A DNA stretch of 64,000 nucleotides from a virus. The notes under the pieces are model-generated. The model made no database searches and was not told the DNA's origin. It saw only the letters and a program-made list of their open reading frames with translations. Below are positions 31,009 through 39,829 of this stretch, piece after piece; the stretch's first letter is position 1, and every line of letters begins with the position of its first letter. The DNA is taken from IMG/VR virus record IMGVR_UViG_3300030060_004050, positions 32,001 through 96,000 of that record; one strand, given 5' to 3'. The position numbers and the translations under genes were made by a program.

Positions 31009-32496
31009 ATGAGTAATCTCGAAACCGCAGCCCAGTTCTTGGGTGAGAAATGGAAGCCCATCATTGAGCATCCAAGTCTTCCCGCCATTAAGGACTCATA
31101 TAGAAAGAACGTCACAACCGTTCTTCTTGAGAACCAAGAGAAGGCACTTCAAGAGCAGGCTAACAACATTGTAGGTGGCGGTATGTCGCCTGTCGTAGGT
31201 AGTGAAGGTGAGATTAAGGGTTTCGATCCTATTCTTATCTCGCTCGTTCGTCGTGCTATGCCTAACCTAATGGCATACGATATCTGTGGTGTTCAGCCAA
31301 TGACTGGACCTACTGGACTTATCTTCGCACTTCGTGCTAAGTTTGCCACACAGGATGGTACTGAAGCCCTCTTCAACGAACCTGACTTTACCTTCTCCGG
31401 TTCTACCAGTGCAACTGGTGGTACTGGTATCACTCACGGTGCTTCCGGTACTGATGGTGATCCAATTGGTCAAGCAGCATTCCGAGATGGTGCTAGTGCT
31501 GATGGTAACGCCAACTCTTACTCCGGTGCTACCGTACAGGGTGGTCTTTCTACTTCTGTCGGTGAAGTCCTTGGTGCATCTGGTAACTTCGTATTCCCAG
31601 AGATGGCATTCAGCATCGAGCGAACCTCGGTTGAAGCCAAGACTCGCGCCCTCAAGGCAGAGTACACCACTGAACTCGCACAGGACCTCAAGGCTGTTCA
31701 CGGACTAGACGCTGAGACTGAACTTGCTAACATCCTTAGCACCGAAGTCCTTGCTGAAATCAACCGTGAAGTCATCCGTACCATCTACCGAATTGCTAAA
31801 CTTGGTGCCCAGCAGAGTGATCTCTACTTTGGACCAGGTGGTACTACAACTGCTGGTGCCCTCAAGGCAGCAACTGGTGGTGGTGCAACCGCTATCGCAA
31901 CTGCTGGACTCGGTGGTATCTACGACCTCGACAAGGACTCTGACGGACGTTGGAGTGCTGAGAGATTCCGTGGACTCCAGTTCCAGTTAGAGCGTGAAGC
32001 CAACCAGATCGCTAAGGATACTCGTCGTGGTAAGGGTAACTTCGTCATCGTCACTGCTGACGTTGCTTCCGCCCTCGCTATGAGTGGTTTCCTTCAGATC
32101 TCCGGTGCTGCTGGACTCGAAGGTGAAGTTGATGACACTGGTAACACCTTTGTCGGTACTCTCAACGGTAAACTCAAGGTTTACATCGATCCATACTCTG
32201 CTGGTACTAACTACGCATGTGTGGGTTACAGAGGTACTTCACCTTATGACGCTGGACTGTTCTACTGTCCATACGTCCCACTCCAGATGGTTCGCGCCGT
32301 TGGTGAGAACGACTTCCAGCCTCGTATCGGGTTCAAGACTCGTTACGGAATGGTAATGAACCCATTCGCTGGTGGTACTAACGCCTACGCTGATCTCGAA
32401 CCTTCGAGCGATGCCGCACTTCGAAAGAACCAGTACTTCCGTATCTTCCGTATTGACGGACTCCACGGTGGACAGGTAATCTCGCCAGGTATCTGA
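31009..32496 (+). CDS. gp23: Major capsid protein gp23
   Basis: FDPILISLVRRAMPNLMAYDICGVQPMTGPTGLIFA; RALKAEYTTELAQDLKAVHGLDAETEL; YCPYVPLQM; FQPRIGFKTRYG. Confidence 0.98.
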   Translation: MSNLETAAQFLGEKWKPIIEHPSLPAIKDSYRKNVTTVLLENQEKALQEQANNIVGGGMSPVVGSEGEIKGFDPILISLVRRAMPNLMAYDICGVQPMTGPTGLIFALRAKFATQDGTEALFNEPDFTFSGSTSATGGTGITHGASGTDGDPIGQAAFRDGASADGNANSYSGATVQGGLSTSVGEVLGASGNFVFPEMAFSIERTSVEAKTRALKAEYTTELAQDLKAVHGLDAETELANILSTEVLAEINREVIRTIYRIAKLGAQQSDLYFGPGGTTTAGALKAATGGGATAIATAGLGGIYDLDKDSDGRWSAERFRGLQFQLEREANQIAKDTRRGKGNFVIVTADVASALAMSGFLQISGAAGLEGEVDDTGNTFVGTLNGKLKVYIDPYSAGTNYACVGYRGTSPYDAGLFYCPYVPLQMVRAVGENDFQPRIGFKTRYGMVMNPFAGGTNAYADLEPSSDAALRKNQYFRIFRIDGLHGGQVISPGI

Positions 32497-32513
32497 TAAA
32501 CTAGGATGAATGA

Positions 32514-32541
32514 GGGGGAGTCCTTCGGGACTCCCCCCTTT
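32514..32541 (+). terminator. Rho-independent terminator with cUUCGg tetraloop after gp23
   Basis: GGGGGAGTCC-TTCG-GGACTCCCCC then CTTT. Confidence 0.85.
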
Positions 32542-32573
32542 CCTGGCTTATAAAAAAAAGAAAGGATACTAAG

Positions 32574-33113
32574 ATGCATAGATTTCAACCCGGAGACGAC
32601 AACCCAGTTCTAAACGATAAACTTCTTCGTGAAGCGTTTGAAGCAGGTCGTCTTGACGCTCTAAATGAGCAAATGGGAGGCGGTGGTAATCAATTTGCTG
32701 CTGGAGGTATGCCGACGCCTGGTGCTGCTAGACAATTAGGATCTAGAGCAATGGCTGATGCAATGTACGGAACCGACTCTGATATTCAAAACTACACTGG
32801 TTACGGACCAGGTCCAATGGAAAGAGGAGAACGACCATTCGGTGGTAGAATGGGATCTGCAAGTGGAAAAGGCCCGGTGGATATGCAGGCAGGTAAAATT
32901 CCACCCGGACCAGGAACTCGCCCCGGTGGTGTTTACGATCCACAGGACGGTACTCCCCCACAGGAAGTAGTTCCAGAGTGTCCATTCCCAATGCCAAAGG
33001 GATCCGATTATAAGTGGGTTAACGGTCAATGGATGGTAATAGGACCTAATGGATATCCATACTACTACTACGCTTATCCGCCAGGGCGATGGATGCCTGT
33101 AATGGCTATGTGA
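32574..33113 (+). CDS. Gly/Pro/Met-rich hypothetical protein
   Basis: 179-aa ORF after capsid terminator; aromatic C-terminal WMVIG..YPPGRW. Confidence 0.7.
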   Translation: MHRFQPGDDNPVLNDKLLREAFEAGRLDALNEQMGGGGNQFAAGGMPTPGAARQLGSRAMADAMYGTDSDIQNYTGYGPGPMERGERPFGGRMGSASGKGPVDMQAGKIPPGPGTRPGGVYDPQDGTPPQEVVPECPFPMPKGSDYKWVNGQWMVIGPNGYPYYYYAYPPGRWMPVMAM

Positions 33114-33139
33114 TGAACCTCACATTAAAACAAATAAAG

Positions 33140-33168
33140 AAGCACTCCTCTCGGGGAGTGCTTTTTTT
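33140..33168 (+). terminator. Rho-independent terminator
   Basis: AAGCACTCCT-CTCG-GGGAGTGCTT followed by a T run. Confidence 0.85.
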
Positions 33169-33175
33169 ATAAATA
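33168..33175 (+). promoter_or_regulatory. Late promoter TATAAATA upstream of gp3
   Basis: Exact consensus overlapping the terminator T-tail. Confidence 0.8.
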
Positions 33176-33191
33176 GAGTAGGAGAATACAC

Positions 33192-33728
33192 ATGACAACT
33201 GATCTTCCAGGTCTGTCTTCTAAAGTTTCACAAGACATCACGGCAAGGCAACCTTCAAACACAAACTATATTCAGAACACAGGGTTCTTCTTTAGCATTC
33301 AAAGACTCCCCTCTGTTCAATTCTTTTGTCAGGAAGTAAATCTACCAGCAGTCAACTTTGGTGAGATCATTCAACCCACTCGGTTTATTAATGTAAAGCA
33401 TCCCGCAACTAAACTAAGTTTTGATAATCTAGAAGTCACCTTTGTAGTAGACGAAGATATGAAAAACTGGAGGGAAGTCTTTGATTGGTTAAAAACCATC
33501 GTACCCATCGAAGATACCGTCGAACAGATTCCAGCAGACGATCACTTCTGTGACGCGACTCTAACGCTCCTGAACAGTGCAATGAACGAGAACTTAAGAG
33601 TTACATTCAAGAACTGCTTTCCCACTGCACTAACTGGACTTCAGTTCATTACCACACCAGGCGAGACTGAACCTCAAACGGCAACTATGACCTTGACATT
33701 TGATACATATGAAATAGAAAAGGTATGA
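33192..33728 (+). CDS. gp3: Tail completion / tube terminator gp3
   Basis: NYIQNTGFFFSIQRLPSVQFFCQEVNLP; LEVTFVVDEDMKNW; FKNCFPTALTGLQF. Confidence 0.85.
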   Translation: MTTDLPGLSSKVSQDITARQPSNTNYIQNTGFFFSIQRLPSVQFFCQEVNLPAVNFGEIIQPTRFINVKHPATKLSFDNLEVTFVVDEDMKNWREVFDWLKTIVPIEDTVEQIPADDHFCDATLTLLNSAMNENLRVTFKNCFPTALTGLQFITTPGETEPQTATMTLTFDTYEIEKV

Positions 33729-33732
33729 TTAA

Positions 33733-34284
33733 ATGAACCTATACGAAAAATACAATTGGTTATTTAATGAATCTTCTAAACCCATTCCGGGTTTGATAAA
33801 AAGATACTATGATCAATACCAAGATGGAACCCCCGTTCCCGATGGATTTGTATATGATTGGAATAGAGATCAGAGTGTAAAAGTTCCATCTCAAGAAGAA
33901 GAGGAAGATGGGGGTGATGTGGAGGTTCCGAACATTCCATACGGAGAATGGCTTGCTGAGAAACCGTTTGATTATAACAGAGACGGAGTAGTAGATGAAA
34001 ACGATTATAAAATCTGGTCATTGAATCAATATGGATACAGTATAATTGATCTTGTTTTAATGTTCCCAGACTGGTTCCCAAATGTAATCTACTATGATCC
34101 ATCTATGGGTAGAGATGTTTTCCCGGTGCAAACTCCCAATGGAATTCAAATAGTAATGGCTCCATTTAATAATAACGAAGCAGGGTATTATGTAATAGGA
34201 CAGGATGGGTCCTTAATTCCACTTGAAGAGTACTTTGCTCCATTCCAATATGAGTTAGATGTAGAAGAGGCAGGACAACCATGA
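33733..34284 (+). CDS. Hypothetical protein with EF-hand/dockerin-like loop, possible internal head protein
   Basis: MNLYEKYNWLFNE start shared with 28486; DYNRDGVVDEND loop. Confidence 0.65.
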   Translation: MNLYEKYNWLFNESSKPIPGLIKRYYDQYQDGTPVPDGFVYDWNRDQSVKVPSQEEEEDGGDVEVPNIPYGEWLAEKPFDYNRDGVVDENDYKIWSLNQYGYSIIDLVLMFPDWFPNVIYYDPSMGRDVFPVQTPNGIQIVMAPFNNNEAGYYVIGQDGSLIPLEEYFAPFQYELDVEEAGQP

Positions 34285-34631
34285 CAGAATACGAAGATTT
34301 CGATTTTGGATTCACTACAGTAGACGCCGATGATGTCGAGGGTGGTGAAGATAGAGTTACTGAAACACAGATCGCTAACGAAGTGGCGTCTGAGGTTTCC
34401 GATTCTATTTTAAGTAGAATGGAAGAACTTGAAGGTAAGATTGAAGATATTCGTGATTGTGTGCAAACAAGTCAACAAACGAAAAACAAAATGGAAGAGG
34501 TTGAAAATCTCGTTCTTCCCCTCTTGTATAATCTTTTAAAGAACCCAGAACGAGAATACATCTGTTGGCCTAACAGAACAGAAGTAATCCAAAAACAGAT
34601 TGACAAAATTTTGTCGGTAACTAGAGAATAG
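34281..34631 (+). CDS. Conserved T4-like phage hypothetical protein
   Basis: DFDFGFT start; LVLPLLYNLLKNPEREYICWPNR. Confidence 0.7.
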   Translation: MTEYEDFDFGFTTVDADDVEGGEDRVTETQIANEVASEVSDSILSRMEELEGKIEDIRDCVQTSQQTKNKMEEVENLVLPLLYNLLKNPEREYICWPNRTEVIQKQIDKILSVTRE

Positions 34632-34633
34632 AC

Positions 34634-35062
34634 ATGTCAGAATTTAAACAGTATCTAAGAGAATCATTACGGTTACACGAAGCAATTGGTATTCCGGGCC
34701 CCGGTGTAATAGCACCCATGATCCTACCGCTCATCAAACCAGATGGAGGACAGGAGGCAGAACCAGAAGTGCCTCAGAATGATCCACCTGTAGAAGTAAT
34801 GCCTTGGTGGCAAGATCCAGGCGCAAAAGACGGTAGACCACATCTACCGACAGATTTTCCAGAGGACGGAGAAGGAACTTGGGTTATAGGTGAAGGTTTT
34901 GGATACTATATGTACACATTCACCATGAATGGTAGAACATATACAATATACTTCGATCCTGTCACACAAACTTGGTCCACATATCCGCCTGGAAGAAAAC
35001 CTCAATTCGACTTCGATCCTCCACTACAAACATTCCCCCCAGATCCAACAGATATCGTTTGA
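34634..35062 (+). CDS. Pro-rich hypothetical protein, possible internal head protein
   Basis: MSEFKQYLRESLRLHEA start; WVIG..YPPGR. Confidence 0.65.
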   Translation: MSEFKQYLRESLRLHEAIGIPGPGVIAPMILPLIKPDGGQEAEPEVPQNDPPVEVMPWWQDPGAKDGRPHLPTDFPEDGEGTWVIGEGFGYYMYTFTMNGRTYTIYFDPVTQTWSTYPPGRKPQFDFDPPLQTFPPDPTDIV

Positions 35063-35086
35063 CTTCTGATTTATTTGTGATATACT
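35059..35086 (+). promoter_or_regulatory. Sigma70-type promoter TTGACT-N16-TATACT (extended -10) before uvsY
   Basis: Read directly; ATG 6 nt after the -10. Confidence 0.8.
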
Positions 35087-35092
35087 TTATGC

Positions 35093-35527
35093 ATGGATAT
35101 TAGAGACATACAAAAACTAGTGGCAGAAGATATGCCTATCGACGATACCGAACTGGATATCGAGTCGATGAACATTCCCCAACTCCACAGCAAGTATCTC
35201 AACATTTACATGGATGAGAAACTTGTTCTACAAAAACTCAACAGCGACTACTATAGGCTGAAGAAGGTAAAGTGGGAATACTATACAGGCAAACTCGATC
35301 AAGAACAACTCGATGATTATGGTTGGGAACCTTTTCAACTAAAGATTCTCAAACAGGACATCGATCTGTATATGGATTCCGACGAGGATCTACAAAAAAT
35401 CCTAAACAGAGTTGCATATCAGAAGGAAAAGGTAAACTACCTAGATTCCGTTCTGAAGTCTATCAACAACAGGCAGTGGAACATCAAGGGTGCTATTGAA
35501 TGGAGAAAGTTCATCAATGGACAGTGA
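35093..35527 (+). CDS. uvsY: Recombination mediator UvsY
   Basis: IDDTELDIESMNIPQLHSKYLNIY; WEYYTGK; YLDSVLKSINNRQWNIKGAIEWRKF. Confidence 0.9.
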   Translation: MDIRDIQKLVAEDMPIDDTELDIESMNIPQLHSKYLNIYMDEKLVLQKLNSDYYRLKKVKWEYYTGKLDQEQLDDYGWEPFQLKILKQDIDLYMDSDEDLQKILNRVAYQKEKVNYLDSVLKSINNRQWNIKGAIEWRKFINGQ

Positions 35528-35996
35528 GGTTGCAGAGTTCATAGAAAACGATGCAATGAATCGTATCTACCTGAGACATGCCTATCAATACGCACAGTCT
35601 TACAGTAATCACCCAACTAATCAACTTGGAGCAGTGCTTACACAACCCTCCGTAGGAGTCGTAGGATGGGGCGTGAACGTCTTCGTCGGGACAAATCCAG
35701 ATATAGAGGGTGGTTGGGAGTTACCAGAGAAAAACGTGATTTATAAGTGTGCTTGTAGAGGAATATGCACTGCTGAACTGATTTTATACTGTCCTCAATT
35801 CACATCTGATCAGGGTGCTAGAGCCATTATACAGTCCGGTGTACAAGCAGTGGTGGTACACGATACAGTATGTTCTCTGGAAAACAATGTCGGTGTTCAG
35901 ATGGTAAGAGACGCAGGACTACTTGTCAAATCTTGGAACGGTGAAATCGGTAATAATATATCCGTTCGAATAAATGGAGACACTCTTTCCCCCTAA
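35517..35996 (+). CDS. dCMP deaminase-like protein lacking Zn/catalytic motifs (start revised to ATG 35517)
   Basis: Fold cues QLGAVL, NVIYK, LILYCP, ARAIIQSGVQAVV; no HxE or CxxC. Confidence 0.6.
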   Translation: MDSEVAEFIENDAMNRIYLRHAYQYAQSYSNHPTNQLGAVLTQPSVGVVGWGVNVFVGTNPDIEGGWELPEKNVIYKCACRGICTAELILYCPQFTSDQGARAIIQSGVQAVVVHDTVCSLENNVGVQMVRDAGLLVKSWNGEIGNNISVRINGDTLSP

Positions 35997-35999
35997 ATA
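35992..35999 (+). promoter_or_regulatory. Putative late promoter variant CCTAAATA before uvsW
   Basis: Same motif at 57649; uvsW is late-transcribed in T4. Confidence 0.5.
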
Positions 36000-36004
36000 G
36001 AGGG

Positions 36005-37516
36005 ATGAGTGAACTTATTATTACAAACATCGATTCTGTGAATATTCATGTAGAATGTGACAAAAGCACCGCGAAGGAACTTTCGGATTTTTTCACGTTC
36101 AAAGTTCCGGGTCATGAGTACATGCCTGCTTTTCGTAACAAACTGTGGGATGGACAGATCAAACTATACAACATATACAAGCAAACCATATACAAAGGTT
36201 TGTATGATTATGTCATCAAGTTTGCTAGGGATCGAAAGTATAAAGTAGTCGAACCCGAACCAATCACAGTTCGTAAGTCGATTCAACCAGAACACATTCA
36301 AAAATTTATAGACGAACACCTAAAGCCATTTGCTGGTGGTGAATCTATTACTGCACACCAACACCAAATCGAAGCAGTCACCCACGCAATAAATCATGAT
36401 CGATGTCTTCTTCTTTCCCCAACGGGATCTGGTAAGAGCCTTATCATCTATGCACTCGTTCGATACTACTTAGATCGCATTGCACCAGATAAAAAGATTC
36501 TTATCATTGTACCCACAACATCGTTGGTACGACAGATGCTTTCTGATTTTACCGAATACTCATCCGATGATAAATGGAAAGCAGAAAACAACTGCCACTG
36601 TGTGTTTGCAGGGAAGGATAAGATCTCGAAGAAGCGAGTGATCATCTCTACATGGCAAAGCATATACAAGTTAGGAACTGACTACTTCGATAATTTTGAG
36701 GCAGTTTTTGGTGATGAGTGTCACTTGTTTAAATCCAAGTCTCTTACCACCCTAATGACTAAACTTCTCAAGTGTCCATATCGTATTGGAACTACAGGCA
36801 CTCTTGATGATTCTCTCACACACAAACTTGTAATTGAAGGATTGTTTGGTAGAGTACAACATGTGACTACCACTAAGAAACTCATGAACAAGGATCTTCT
36901 ATCTAAATTGAAGATCGACTGCCTATTGTTAAACTACCCAGAGAAGGTGCGTCTCGAAAACAAGAGAATGAAGTATCAGGACGAGATCGACTGGATTGTA
37001 ACAAACGAAGATCGAAACAAGTTCATAACCGATCTTGCAGTAAATCTAAAAGGTAACTCGCTTGTTCTTTTCCAGTACGTTGAGAAGCACGGTAAACCAC
37101 TACACGAAATGATTAAACAAAAAGCGGGGAACGATAGGGATGTGTTCTTCGTGTTTGGTGGTACGGACGTTGAACTGCGAGAGAAGATTAGAAAAATTAC
37201 AGAGACAAAAGATAATGCAATTATTGTTGCATCCTATGGAACATTTTCCACAGGGATCTCTATCAGAAGACTACATAACATTATCTTTGCCTCACCATCT
37301 AAAAGTAGAATCAGAATTTTGCAAAGTATAGGTAGACAGTTGCGTAAGTCAGAACACAAGGACACAGCAAAACTATACGACATCGCGGATGATATTCATT
37401 GGAAGTCATACAAAAACCATACTCTAAACCACTTCGAGAGAAGAGTTAAAATTTATGAGTCTGAAGGATTTGACTACAAGAAAATATCCCTACATATACA
37501 AGGGAACAAAAAATGA
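36005..37516 (+). CDS. uvsW: SF2 helicase UvsW
   Basis: FTFKVPG..WDGQIKL; SPTGSGKS; GDECHLFK; GTTGT; YGTFSTGISI; LQSIGRQLR. Confidence 0.96.
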   Translation: MSELIITNIDSVNIHVECDKSTAKELSDFFTFKVPGHEYMPAFRNKLWDGQIKLYNIYKQTIYKGLYDYVIKFARDRKYKVVEPEPITVRKSIQPEHIQKFIDEHLKPFAGGESITAHQHQIEAVTHAINHDRCLLLSPTGSGKSLIIYALVRYYLDRIAPDKKILIIVPTTSLVRQMLSDFTEYSSDDKWKAENNCHCVFAGKDKISKKRVIISTWQSIYKLGTDYFDNFEAVFGDECHLFKSKSLTTLMTKLLKCPYRIGTTGTLDDSLTHKLVIEGLFGRVQHVTTTKKLMNKDLLSKLKIDCLLLNYPEKVRLENKRMKYQDEIDWIVTNEDRNKFITDLAVNLKGNSLVLFQYVEKHGKPLHEMIKQKAGNDRDVFFVFGGTDVELREKIRKITETKDNAIIVASYGTFSTGISIRRLHNIIFASPSKSRIRILQSIGRQLRKSEHKDTAKLYDIADDIHWKSYKNHTLNHFERRVKIYESEGFDYKKISLHIQGNKK

Positions 37517-38094
37517 ATGATAAAAGTTTGTATCGTATCATTAACCTCGACAGCGGCGATAATTTAATCGCTCAGGTTTCTGAGGTAAAAGAAAGTGGAA
37601 TCACCCTGTATCGTCCTTTCCAAATGAAAGTGATTACAATGCTGGACGAGGAAGGTCCAATGTCGATTCAATTTAGAAAAGAGGCATTAATTTTCCGAAA
37701 CTGGTTAGAATTTTCCACAGATCAAAAGGTAACCATTCCTAGAAGCAAAGTGATTGCCATGACTCAACCAAACAATATGGTAAGCACCCTGTATGATCAA
37801 GAAAAGGAAAAAGAAGACAATCCCAAGTTCATGCAGGAACTTATTGAAAAAATGAAAAAGCATAACCTCGAAGAAGAACTCGAAGAGGTCTTGGATGAAG
37901 TCGAAGAAGAATTTGATCTAGATCAGGATGAACTTGATTCGATTGCGGAAATTTCTGTAGAGATCGATCCGGATGATATCAGAGACATCGTACATAAAAT
38001 AATAGAGGACGCTAAATCTGATAGGTCCTCTGACGACGATGATTCAATTGATGATACCAACTATGATCAAGATAAGGATATGTATGGTTGGTAA
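37513..38094 (+). CDS. Conserved hypothetical protein upstream of gp55 (Sm-like N-domain, acidic tail)
   Basis: IINLDSGDNLIA..LYRPF..NWL; acidic C-terminus; usual uvsW-gp55 position. Confidence 0.65.
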   Translation: MNDKSLYRIINLDSGDNLIAQVSEVKESGITLYRPFQMKVITMLDEEGPMSIQFRKEALIFRNWLEFSTDQKVTIPRSKVIAMTQPNNMVSTLYDQEKEKEDNPKFMQELIEKMKKHNLEEELEEVLDEVEEEFDLDQDELDSIAEISVEIDPDDIRDIVHKIIEDAKSDRSSDDDDSIDDTNYDQDKDMYGW

Positions 38095-38126
38095 TATATT
38101 ATATCCTTTTGATTCCAGACAAAGAA

Positions 38127-38154
38127 ATTATAACCCCGAAAAAAAAGTTGTCAA
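38127..38154 (-). promoter_or_regulatory. Antisense sigma70-type promoter TTGACA-N16-TATAAT
   Basis: + strand ATTATA (38127-32) and TGTCAA (38149-54) read as a perfect consensus on the - strand. Confidence 0.65.
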
Positions 38155-38162
38155 GAAATAAT

Positions 38163-38190
38163 TTGACAAATGTGAAAAAAAGAGTATACT
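38163..38190 (+). promoter_or_regulatory. Sigma70-type promoter TTGACA-N16-TATACT before gp55
   Basis: Read directly; ATG 6 nt after the -10. Confidence 0.8.
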
Positions 38191-38196
38191 TATATC

Positions 38197-38796
38197 ATGA
38201 GTAAAGAAAAAGATACATCAAGTCATTATGTGAACAACAAAGAGTTCTTCGAAGCCATGAAAGAGTGGAAGAAGGTAGTTCACGAATGCGAAGAAGCAGA
38301 CGAACCGAAACCACCAGTCACAGATTATATTGGTGAGTGTTTCTTGAAGATTGCTGAACACCTTTCATATCGACCTAACTTTATCAACTATGCATACCGA
38401 GAAGAAATGGTAGGCGATGGTATTGAAAACTGCTTGATGTATGCCAGTAATTTTGATCCTGAAAAGTCAGACAATCCCTTCTCATACTTTACTCAAATTA
38501 TCTACTACGCCTTTCTTCGACGAATACAGAAAGAGAAGAAACAGGATTATGTAAAGTATAGGTGTTTCGAAATTATGGATCAAAACGGTGTCATTCCCGA
38601 GGACTTCAAAAAGCAAATACAAGAGAGGTTTGATTCAGCACAGAATCCATACGCAAGTATGATGAAGTTAACAGAAAAAGACATAGAGAACTTTACTCCC
38701 AAGAAAAAGAAGAAAAGAAAACAGACAAAGAATGAGTCGAACAATTTGGATTCAATATTAGAAGAGGATAAGTCTGGTGAAGATAGCAGTAATTAA
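38197..38796 (+). CDS. gp55: Late-transcription sigma factor gp55
   Basis: HYVNNKEFFEAM; YIGECFLKIAEHLSYRPNFINY..EEMVGDGIENC; NPFSYFTQIIYYAFLRRIQKEKKQ. Confidence 0.96.
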   Translation: MSKEKDTSSHYVNNKEFFEAMKEWKKVVHECEEADEPKPPVTDYIGECFLKIAEHLSYRPNFINYAYREEMVGDGIENCLMYASNFDPEKSDNPFSYFTQIIYYAFLRRIQKEKKQDYVKYRCFEIMDQNGVIPEDFKKQIQERFDSAQNPYASMMKLTEKDIENFTPKKKKKRKQTKNESNNLDSILEEDKSGEDSSN

Positions 38797-39829
38797 TGAT
38801 ACGCACTTTGGTGCTAGAGGTGATTCACAATTATTTTTCGATCACTTTATGAAGTTTTTTGATGATGTGTTTTTTCCGTACCTCAAAGAAAACAAAATCA
38901 AGACAGTAATTCATGCAGGTGATCTTATGGATCGCCGAAAGTATGTTAACTTTAGTATTCTTAATCAAGTCAGAACCAGATTCATGGATAGACTTCATGC
39001 TGATGGTATTGATCTGCATTGTATCCTAGGCAACCATGATGTATACTACAGAAATACAAACGAGATTAATTCCATCCGTGAATTGTTTGAGGGTGATCTG
39101 AAACTATATGAAAAGCCAGAGGTGGTAAACTTCGACGGACTAGATGTTGCATTCTTACCTTGGGTAAACAAGGAGAATGTAGACGAAAGCATTGAGTTTA
39201 TCAAGACTGCTGCTGCACCTATTCTGTTCGGACACTTAGAACTTGAAGGATACGAAGTTATTCGCGGGGTAAACTTTAATGGAGGAGGAACTGATCCCGG
39301 ACTGTTCAGTAGATATGAAAAGGTTTTTTCGGGACATTTTCATTGTCGTCAAGAAAAGGGAAATGTTTACTACATGGGAACACAGTATCAGATCACGTTT
39401 GGTGATTTGAACGAGACGAAGGGATTCCATGTATTCGATACAGATACCCGAGACATAAAGTTTATTGAAAATCCATACAAGATGTTCCACACTCTCAAGT
39501 ATGACGACGCCGATGGACCGATTGATGCAGACAATCTAACAGGTCTAGAATATTTGAAGAACTCGTATGTCAAACTGTTTGTTGAAAATAAAAAGCACCC
39601 ATACGCCTTTGATAGATTTATGGACAAGTTGTATGACATAGGCGTCTCAAAGATAACTGTAGTGGAAGATATCGAACAATCTGACTGGACTAAGGAAGAA
39701 ATACTTGACATGGCTCAAGATACTGTTACTATTATCAATAACGAAATAGATTGTATCGAAGAGGTACAAGATAAAAACAGAATGAAACGCCTTATCAAAG
39801 ACTTGTACATGGAAAGTTTATCCCTATGA
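38777..39829 (+). CDS. gp47: Recombination endonuclease subunit gp47 (Mre11/SbcD-like)
   Basis: INDTHFGAR; GDLMDRRK; GNHDVYY; GHLE; SGHFH. Confidence 0.96.
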   Translation: MKIAVINDTHFGARGDSQLFFDHFMKFFDDVFFPYLKENKIKTVIHAGDLMDRRKYVNFSILNQVRTRFMDRLHADGIDLHCILGNHDVYYRNTNEINSIRELFEGDLKLYEKPEVVNFDGLDVAFLPWVNKENVDESIEFIKTAAAPILFGHLELEGYEVIRGVNFNGGGTDPGLFSRYEKVFSGHFHCRQEKGNVYYMGTQYQITFGDLNETKGFHVFDTDTRDIKFIENPYKMFHTLKYDDADGPIDADNLTGLEYLKNSYVKLFVENKKHPYAFDRFMDKLYDIGVSKITVVEDIEQSDWTKEEILDMAQDTVTIINNEIDCIEEVQDKNRMKRLIKDLYMESLSL

